From: Catajapyx aquilonaris
Lineage: Eukaryota
Direction: 5' to 3'
Length of the DNA stretch: 25,398 bases
NCBI GenBank assembly: GCA_000934665.2
Contig: JYFJ02001206.1
Location: forward strand, 62,001 to 87,398
Shown here: piece by piece, positions 11,461 to 20,160 of the stretch
How positions within the stretch are numbered: position 1 is the first letter of the stretch
Layout: each line of letters begins with the position of its first letter
The notes under the pieces: model-generated
Databases searched by the model: none
Seen by the model: only the letters and a program-made list of their open reading frames with translations
Told to the model about the DNA's origin: nothing
Program-made: the position numbers and the translations under genes

Positions 11461-13203
11461 TCAAACTGTGGTGCTTTGAACCGAATAATCCGATTCTGGT
11501 CTCAGCCTGTAAAACGACAGATTACTATCAACATGAGTCATGTTGCTGCTGAAGTGCCTGTTCCTCAACCAATTCCACCACACCCAGAGTTTTCTTTTGC
11601 CACATTCAGGGAATCCAGTGGCCTGTTGGAAGAGAAAAAACTGTCACTTTGGAGTCATTACAGTCATTCTTGAAACATACCTTCATTACAATAAACCCCA
11701 GTACAGGTGCTAACATTACTAAGATGACAATACATAGCACACTTGTGGCTGATAAATAATCTGAAAGAAGGAAAATGCCATTACTTCCAATGGACATTAA
11801 ATAAACCACATTATTATGGGTACCGGTAGTTAAACTGGATGCATACCAGCTTCAGTGTGACTAGTGATACCATTAATTTTGCAAACAAATGGACGTTTGT
11901 TATGGCACGGAATTTGCATCAATTTTTCATCCTTTATAGCAGAACACATTTTACTCTGGCTTGTTCCTGATTCCAGGTCATGATTTTCTCTGAAATTATG
12001 CCCAGGTTTGTGATTATACAATGTTTGAATACATATAAATGTGCATAAAGTAATCTTGAACTGTAAATAGATAAATAGCTGCATAAGAAACTAGTCGCAA
12101 ACCTGTTGAGAATTGTTGCATCACACCCATCATCTTGCATCCACCTGAGAACCTCATGTTGATTGTTGATATGATGCAACCACCATGAAGTGCAATCACT
12201 CTCGTCGTACAAAACGTAGTAGTTGAATATGCCCTGGATAATAAAATATTTAATGTAAGTATTATTGCAAAACGTACAAAAAGGCTCAAGTAGGCATACC
12301 TTATCTACCAATGAATTGATGGTTGGCAGAGACCATCCTTTTGATTTGCACATGTGATTAGCTTCATGCCATGTCTTCTGCTTTTCATGAAATTCCAGAT
12401 TATCATAATTAAATGGTACCGGCATGGCGAATGTTCCTGTATAAATAGTACATTTATGTGCAGTCTATAGTATGTGGATATGCTCTTATTTCAATAATGT
12501 AATGACTCACCATTGTAGCACACGTAGCAATGTCTTAAATGACACGACACATTTTGAAACACCTTTCCTTGCTTTCGGTACAGTGTGCACAGGTCCGTAC
12601 TGATATTAGTGGCTTCAATTTCAACAAATTCTCTACAATGTTGATAAAATATTATTGAACCAATTTTATAAAAAAGTGTAACTCACAAGCTTGATGTGTT
12701 CAAGATATTTTTGTCAACCCAAAGCCATTGCCACTCATTGTCGTCGTCTGAAAGCCCAATCCAATATTCAGTTCCTTTTTCCAGAATGTCTTGAAGCAGT
12801 TCCTACAAACATTTTAATTGGCAGAGTAATCACCTCAAAGTACACTATCCATAAAACCAAAATGCATTATTTTAGCATCTTACAACCAAGTAATGGCGCT
12901 TCTTACCAGCTCCGAATGAGCTCTAAGGACCAGTAAGCTGCCATTATTATTCTCACGGCATGCTGTCAGTGCTTCGGTCCACTTCTGAGGTGTTCGACGT
13001 ACAACGTAGTGGTCCAAAGAAAGTTCATGAGTGACCCATTCTTTCTGAACACCTCCTTGCACGAACATAGCATCTAAAACACAACAAATTTTATGTACAA
13101 TGGAAACTCGAGGAAAACTCGAGGAGCACTAACAACATACTCTCTACTTACTGAACATTATTAAAATGAGGAGACAAAAACACGCCCAGGCCTGCAGCCA
13201 CAT
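11461..13203 (-). CDS. CTL receptor 5: signal peptide + two CTLDs + TM + tail ending STTV; ectodomain closest to receptor 4
   Basis: Exons 13203-13152, 13073-12907, 12802-12687 (EYWIGLSDDDNEWQWLWVD), 12632-12511, 12436-12300, 12233-12103, 11989-11847, 11760-11681, 11622-11461. Confidence 0.9.
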
Positions 13204-13540
13204 CAGACTGTGAAAATGGCTTTATGCCAGTCAAAGGTGACTGAACACCCCTTCTTTCTTCTCTTTTGAGTGACTTTGCAGAATAGTACTTTGTGGTGTT
13301 GCCTCCAGATGACAGATATCTTGGACGAATGGTAAGCCACCTTGTGGGCAATGAAGGAAGTGAGGATCTGGACAAGGGTTAATCACACTGAGATCTAATC
13401 TTACTAGCCTACTTCGACCCCGACATGTCTAAAATACCTCATCTCCATTAGAACTGATGGTCCGCGTACGATAAGTATGATAAGTCATCAGTACCGCACG
13501 ATATTTAGTCGATTTTTAGACAAATATGCGGAATATGATT

Positions 13541-13657
13541 AAAGAGTGTAACTCGCAAGACAGATGGGTCCAGGCAAATTTTGTCAACCCAAGGCCACTG
13601 CCCCACAACCTCTAAAACATGACAAATTGAAGTAAGCTACAATAGTACAATGGAAAT
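13541..13657 (-). pseudogene. Degenerate fragment of a CTL gene copy
   Basis: 13541-13602 resembles 12671-12732 (exon 3 end and donor; aagagtgtaactcgcaag..ttgtcaacccaaggccactgcc). 13611-13655 resembles the intron-1 acceptor region at 13073-13106 (tctaaaaca..caaatt..tacaatggaaa). Confidence 0.65.
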
Positions 13658-13935
13658 TAGTTATAATTCACACAATAATTATTATTATGTATACGGTTTA
13701 CTGTGGATGGTACAGTACAAAGGATTGCAACTCAAACAATGGAAGAATTGGTGAAGGAATGTCCATTCTAAGTGCACCGGGCACATTTTTATTGTAGTAG
13801 ATATGCACACCATTGACACTATAGGTGGACTAAGCTCACTGAAAATTGGAGGTTTTTGGGATAAAAATGGCCATATGGGGGAAAATGGCACATTTGTGGC
13901 CCAGACATGTCCGTCGTATGGAAGCATGTGGGTTG

Positions 13936-14004
13936 CACGTGACTGGAACTAATTTGCGTGGAAGCTGAGCTGGCCAATAGGAAGCGGGCTGCCTTCCCTA
14001 TAAA
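13936..14004 (+). promoter_or_regulatory. Promoter of YEQ-repeat gene 1: E-box CACGTG, CCAAT, TATAAA
   Basis: CACGTG 13936-13941, CCAAT 13974-13978, TATAAA 13999-14004. Same order and spacing as in the paralogue at 17831-17897. Confidence 0.75.
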
Positions 14005-14091
14005 GGTGGGCGACTGGGTGGTGCTGGTCCTCTGTCACAGCTCTCACCAACTTAGCTGCACGACGTCTCTTCTTACTACTTTGTTATCGTA

Positions 14092-14768
14092 ATGAACAAC
14101 GTAAGTAGTTTAACAAGTGTACGGGAAATACTGAGGAAAGGATTTACGTTTGTTTTATTTATTCACAGATGCTGGTCGCTGTCTTCCTGGCCCTTGTGGC
14201 ATGCTCGTCTGCTGGGTACTACGAGATGACTCCGGCTCCTACTTACGGATACGAGCAGCCCAAGTATGAGCAGAAGCAGTCCTATGGCTACGAGCAGAAG
14301 TACGAGCAGCCCAAATACGAAGAGAAATCATATGGATACGAGCAGCCCAAGTACGAGCAGAAGCAGTCCTACGGCTACGAGCAGAAGTACGAGCAGCCCA
14401 AATACGAAGAGAAATCCTACGGCTACGAGCAGCCCAAATACGAAGAGAAATCCTACGGCTACGAGCAGCCCAAATACGAAGAGAAATCCCACGGCTACGA
14501 GCAGAAGTACGAGCAGCCCAAATACGAAGAGAAATCTTACGGCTACGAGCAGCCCAAGTATGAGCAGAAGTACGAGCAGCCCAAATACGAAGAGAAATCT
14601 TACGGCTACGAGCAGCCCAAGTATGAGCAGAAGTACGAGCAGCCCAAATACGAAAAGAAATCTTACGGCTACGAGCAGCCCAAGTATGAGCAGAAGTACG
14701 AGCAGCCCAAATACGAAGAGAAATCCTACGGCTACGAGCAGCCCAAGTATGAGAGCTACGGTTATTAA
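14092..14768 (+). CDS. Secreted Tyr/Glu/Gln/Lys-rich repeat protein 1 (GYEQPKYE repeats; putative cuticle, eggshell or adhesive structural protein)
   Basis: Exon 1 ATG AAC AAC (14092-14100), phase-0 intron gtaagt..ttcacag, exon 2 14169-14768. Signal peptide MNNMLVAVFLALVACSSA. TATA upstream and AATAAA at 14795-14800. Confidence 0.92.
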
Positions 14769-15242
14769 ATCCCCAATGCTTGTATAACTATTTTAATAAA
14801 ACATGGAAATGGTAACTTAATATGGTGCTATTATGATCCAAACAAATCCTGCCTGCCCAACTTTTCACAGCTGCTGATTTACCTTCACTTACAAATTACC
14901 ATATTTATCCTGGCTAAATGGTTGCAGCTTGCCTCACTTGCTTCCCGTCAAGGAAGTGGCTGTTAATTTGTACATGTAATCATGGGTGATAGCAATTTTT
15001 CTCACTACAGAAACCTTTTAAATCTGAAAATATACCCTCTTTATCCAGTGGCATAAAAATCAAATTGGACCCAATATTCTATAGTTTAATCACTTTAATT
15101 TGAGATCACATTTTTCAGTACATGCTGCAAGTAGCTGACAATTTTAATTACGCTTTATTTTAAGCAAAATCACAATAGAATTCTGGACTTTCTGATCCAG
15201 ATGAATCCACAATAAGTGATTGAAAAGCACTTTGGTGTCAAA

Positions 15243-17315
15243 TTACACGTTGCTCTGAGGGTTGCCCTGCTCGTGGACCTTTGGCTGAACACCTGTGTCT
15301 TCAGGGCTGACTTTGTAGTATCCCTTTCCTCTCATCATGATCTTCTTAGCCAGTTCGCTCACATTGTTGGTGTACCGCTGCACCAAGTTACCTCTGTAGT
15401 GGAACCTCGTCTTATGCCGGTATGGCAGGTACCATACCAGAACAGCCTGTTGAAAGTTGCATATTGAAATATGAGCCGTTGAAAGTTGCATATTGAAATA
15501 TGAGCCATTGAAAACTGTTCGAGTGACGTACCATCATTATTCCGAAGGCTGACAGGCATATGCTCATGACGACATATTTGAACGAAAACAAGCTTCCTGT
15601 AAATAGACATAAGTGAGAGAAATATTCGACCTCATACTGTAATGTCGTTACCTCGTGTGAGTTGACTGTCGATGGTTTTCTTGCACACAAACGGCAGCTG
15701 TCTGAAGCAATGAACAGACTTCAGATTTCCACTCTTGACAGACACACAGTTCTTGTCCTGGTATGTAGACTCCTCCTCACTGTCTCTGAAATATGTAGCA
15801 TTGTTACGCCACATATGAACAGACTGACTCATGTCGTCTTACATCAAACGAATTCCCTCATTTTCATGTTGCCACTCCCATGCATCAGACGCGGCATTGT
15901 TCTTCCCCAGCCACCAGGAGGAGCACTTGGTTTCATCATGAAGGATATAATAGTCGAACACTCCCTGTAACACAACAATGTTTGAAACATTCAGCCTGCA
16001 AGTATTGAACTCTACTGACCTTATCTATCCAGTTGTCGATGCTGACTAGAGACCATCCTTGCCACTGGCATATGTGCATAGCTTCATGCCACGTCTTGGT
16101 GGTGTTGTGAAATTCTAAGCCGGAGAAGCTGAAAGGCACTGGCATACCAAGTACCCCTGTGCAAACCAGTCATTAGTAAGCTAATTATGAGGTACTCTAC
16201 ATTTGCTTACCATCATAGCATACAAAGCAGGCCTTTGTGTAGCATGGAAAATTCCTAAACTCTCGTTCGTCCCTCATGTATCTCACGCATTCTTGCGCAG
16301 GCTCCACATTGTTCGGATTCTCCTCAGTCCACTTTCTGAAATGTTTCGTTGTGGTAACAAGAACGACCAAAAAACACCGTGTGAACTCACATAGTCAGCG
16401 GATCCAACCGACTTCCTTCAATCCACCTCCACTGCCACTGATTGTCGTCATCAGACAATCCAATCCACATCTCCGAATCGCCCTTATTCAGTTCTTCCAG
16501 CCATTCCTATGTGTAAAGATTATGGTTGAATCTCACATTCGAACCTTACAGTACAATACATACAAGTTCCTGATGTGACCGAACGACCACGAGGTCACTC
16601 TCCTGTTTCTTGCATGTGCTGACAGCCTGAGACCACGTCACTGGGACATTAATATGCAAGTAGTGGTCGTTTGAATGAGGACGTTGGATCCATTGAACAT
16701 ATGCTGTGTTGCCTTGGATCAACTGAGGTGCTGGAAAAATATCATGTAAAATCTACTTTGTAAAAATATGGCTACAAAATTGGCCATAATTATTTGCGAC
16801 GTTTCAACACAATGCAATGCATGGGTTCAATAAAAAGCAGTGTTGTTATCAAGTCACTGATATTGTTCGCGATTCTCTTATCTTAACCTCTGAGACCTCA
16901 CGTGATACCTAATGTAGGTGTCCTACTGATGCGTCACACCGTAGGCTACATAACTCGTCACTTCTGTACAAACAAACATTTTGTCCTCCTCGGTACAAGG
17001 TACATGCTGGGACAAAGACAATTTGACATTATCAGTCACTTCAATTTCCCTCCGATAGGTGATGCTGACGGACACAGTTATACAAACATAATTAGGCAAT
17101 AATTAAGGTTTTAAAATGATAACTGGTTTTTATAATAGGTCGTACTTAGCTCTTCACATGTGTGGATTTATGAATAAGATGCCATTAATTGAAATTATTT
17201 GCCCGTACGACTATTATGGTCATAATATAGGTGGAGGGTTAAGCTAACAATAAACTATGTACTTACAGAATAAGAAAATGAGGAGGCAAAAACAAGGCCA
17301 GGCCTGCCACGACAT
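15243..17315 (-). CDS. CTL receptor 6: signal peptide + two CTLDs (NPN variant motif) + TM + tail ending QSNV
   Basis: Exons 17315-17267, 16730-16564, 16506-16391 (MWIGLSDDDNQWQWRWIEG), 16335-16211 (WTEENPNN..ECV), 16156-16020, 15965-15843, 15785-15652, 15596-15532, 15446-15243. Confidence 0.9.
15449..15506. repeat. 29-bp perfect tandem duplication in the last intron of CTL receptor 6
   Basis: gttgaaagttgcatattgaaatatgagcc occurs twice, adjacent to the 3' splice site. Confidence 0.9.
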
Positions 17316-17830
17316 CCTGTGAAAATGGTGATATCCGAGTGACTTTGCCGTTTTCCCCGTACCTTTTCCACCTGTTGAAAGTTAATCACTCGAATCTAAT
17401 CTTTCTACCTCAACCCCGACGTGTCTAAGATAAAATAGAGAGGCATAGAACGCTGCACTCTTCACAAAACATTTGCAGATGAAATTAATCAACGTCTCAT
17501 TTTTATGTACAGTTGCAAACATGATTAGCGACTTCTTTTTGCCAAAGTGCATTATTATCTGGTATAGCAGTGTCAGGAGAAATGGTTACAATCAACGATT
17601 GTTGTTGCCTGATCCTATCTGCTGGGTACTCCACATAATATTTTGGAGTTTAGCCAGAAAGTGGCTTCAGCTATTGCAAAAATACCAGTGTTGCAAAATG
17701 TTTGCATAGTGTACCACTACATTCTCAAAAAAAAAGCAGGAGACACTTATACAGTATATGTTCTATCAATCTGCATTTGACTGGCATATTTCGCTGCCCC
17801 CCCCCCCCCACATTNTTTTTTTAGATAAGT

Positions 17831-17897
17831 CACGTGAGTTCAGTCATTAGCATACAAGCTGCCCTGCCCAATAGGATGTGAGGGGCTTCACTATAAA
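17831..17897 (+). promoter_or_regulatory. Promoter of YEQ-repeat gene 2: E-box CACGTG, CCAAT, TATAAA
   Basis: CACGTG 17831-17836, CCAAT 17868-17872, TATAAA 17892-17897. Confidence 0.75.
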
Positions 17898-17976
17898 GGA
17901 AGGTGGCAAGGCTGAGAAGGTCCTCTTTTGTTGCTCTTGTTTTCACTGCAACAACGCATTTATTAGCTCAGGAATA

Positions 17977-18690
17977 ATGGCCAAGGTGGGTATGATGTGC
18001 GTTGTTATTGAGATCACATTACTAATTTTATTATCATGTTTTATCAGGTACTCATTGCTGTCTTCCTGGCCCTTGTGGCATATTCGTCTGCTGGGTACTA
18101 CGAGATGACTCCGGCGCCCACTTCCTACGGATACGAGCAGCCCAAGTACGATGAAAAATCCTACGGGTACGAGCAGCCCAAGTATGAGATGAAGCAGTCC
18201 TACGGTTACGAGCAGAAGTACGAGCAGCCGAAATACGAAGAAAAATCCTACGGCTACGAGCAACCCAAGTATGAGAAGCAGTCTTATGGATACGAGCAGA
18301 AGTACGAGCAGCCAAAGTTCGAGAAGCCGAGCTACGGCTACGAGCAGCCCAAATACGAAGAGAAATCCTACGGCTACGAGCAGCCCAANCGGCTACGAGC
18401 AGCCCAAGTACGAGAAGCAGAGCTACGGGTACGAACAGAAGTACGAGCAGCCCAAATATGAAGAGAAGCAGTCCTACGGCTACGAGCAGCCCAAGTACGA
18501 GAAGCAGAGCTACGGGTACGAACAGAAGTACGAGCAGCCCAAATATGAAGAGAAGCAGTCCTACGGCTACGAGCAGCCCAAGTACGAGAAGCAGAGCTAC
18601 GGGTACGAACAGAAGTACGAGCAGCCCAAATATGAAGAGAAGCAGAGCTATGGATACGAGCAGCCTAAATACGAGACCTACGGTTATTGA
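17977..18690 (+). CDS. Secreted Tyr/Glu/Gln/Lys-rich repeat protein 2 (paralogue of 14092-14768; assembly gap within the repeats)
   Basis: Exon 1 ATG GCC AAG (17977-17985), intron to 18047, exon 2 VLIAVFLALVAYSSAGYYEMTPAPT... The frame change coincides with the 'n' at 18389. Ends YETYGY*, with AATAAA at 18715-18720. Confidence 0.88.
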
Positions 18691-20160
18691 AGTGAACATG
18701 TATTAAAATTGATCAATAAACAATTTCTATTAGACACTTTTGACTTTGCCTACAAAAACCGATAACCATATGATTCCAAATTCACTAATTTAGACTATTT
18801 CAGTTGACGTCAGGTAGTTCAACGAACTGTCTTTCAGCAGCAACTAATGTACCAATACTGTACTTATAGCCCTCTCGTCGCAAGCTTGGGACTTTAAAGC
18901 TTCCGTATATTCATTCAACCAGAGGATTCTGCTGACATAATATAGTACCATAAGTGTAGGGTGAAACCTGGTGCTTTGATTTGTCATAATCTCTTATTAA
19001 ATAAAGCAGTGACTCTGTATGTCCCGGCTACCTAACACATTTCAACACCTCAGAGCGCTGAGATTTTTCACTGATGCTAAACCTGCATGTGATTGAGTAA
19101 AAAGTCCGAAAACTGCACTTTTTAAAGTTTAAATGCCTTAAATACGTATCTGCGCAATTTTTACGCGCATGCCCCTCCCTTCACCTCATGCTTCTCGGCC
19201 TTGCTCATACCCCGCCTCCCCACTTCTGCTCCGAGTCCCCCTCGCGCGTCTTCCTCCCTCCCACGCCACCAAGCAGGCAAAATAGGAAGCTGATGCCCAG
19301 TTCGCCACAATGCACGAAAGGGTGAGGGTCTCTCAGAGAATGGTCACCTTGGCGCCCTTTCCATGTCGCCCACCCACTCCTCGCCCCTCCAGTGTCTAGA
19401 CGTACGCTTCAGCTGCAAGGTAAGGTAGAAGGGGGGCAATGGGGGTACCAACAACTGCGTCTTCCACTTAACAATGAAACGAACGGAAAAAAAATCGAGC
19501 TTTGCAAGGGTACAACTTTATTTTCCAGAGGCAAGCAAACAAAGCAAATATTTGTTCCCTATGCCCAGATGTTGATTTGGACCGTAGTTCCTTTCATTAT
19601 TATTATCATTTATCATTTTCATTACTTTAATCCAAAATTGGGGGTGGGGAGTAAATTTTTAAAAAACATTGTGAAATAAGTTTAAGACAATAATTTCTGG
19701 TATGCTAGCTTGGTGTCAAATTAGCATGAATCAAACCCACTGAATAGCCTACGAATATGCTGTTTAAAGAGGCTATTAAAAATGGCTGCCCAAAATGACC
19801 ATTGAGTTCGAAGTGAACCATACCAATGTGTAGGTTGTCGTTTCCGACATTTTTGTGTTACAGTACGATAAAACCCATGCTAAATGAGATGGGTGATTGG
19901 TTGTCGGGCGATTAGAACGACGTATTGACAGCGAATCCAGTCGAAATTATGTTTCTGGAGGATAAAGACGAATAGAGGCAATGCAGCATTAATCCGTCCA
20001 GGCATTTGCACTATGAGCACCAAGCTACGACATTGCTCTAGCACCTCCCTTCCCAGTGTTAGCATTGTTCCCTATCATCATCATCATCATCCTCGTCGCT
20101 CTTTACTAAACACCATGCCTATAGTTCTTACTAATTAAAAATGTGAATTCAGCCAAGATA

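Noticed and set aside
14240..14760. CRISPR-like or satellite array
   Set aside because: Repeats are in-frame coding units without unique spacers, the context is eukaryotic, and there are no cas genes.
18385..18392. Frameshift or pseudogenisation of YEQ2
   Set aside because: It coincides with an 'n' assembly gap inside a tandem repeat.
14266..18706. Ser/Thr-rich ORFs (14266-14787, 18458-18706) and the Leu/Val-rich antisense ORF (18052-18699)
   Set aside because: Frame and strand shadows of the YEQ repeats; the YEQ frame is the one with a signal peptide, promoter and polyA signal.
19000..20100. GC-rich patch and short ORFs between YEQ2 and receptor 7
   Set aside because: No coherent gene model, termini or recognisable motif could be supported.
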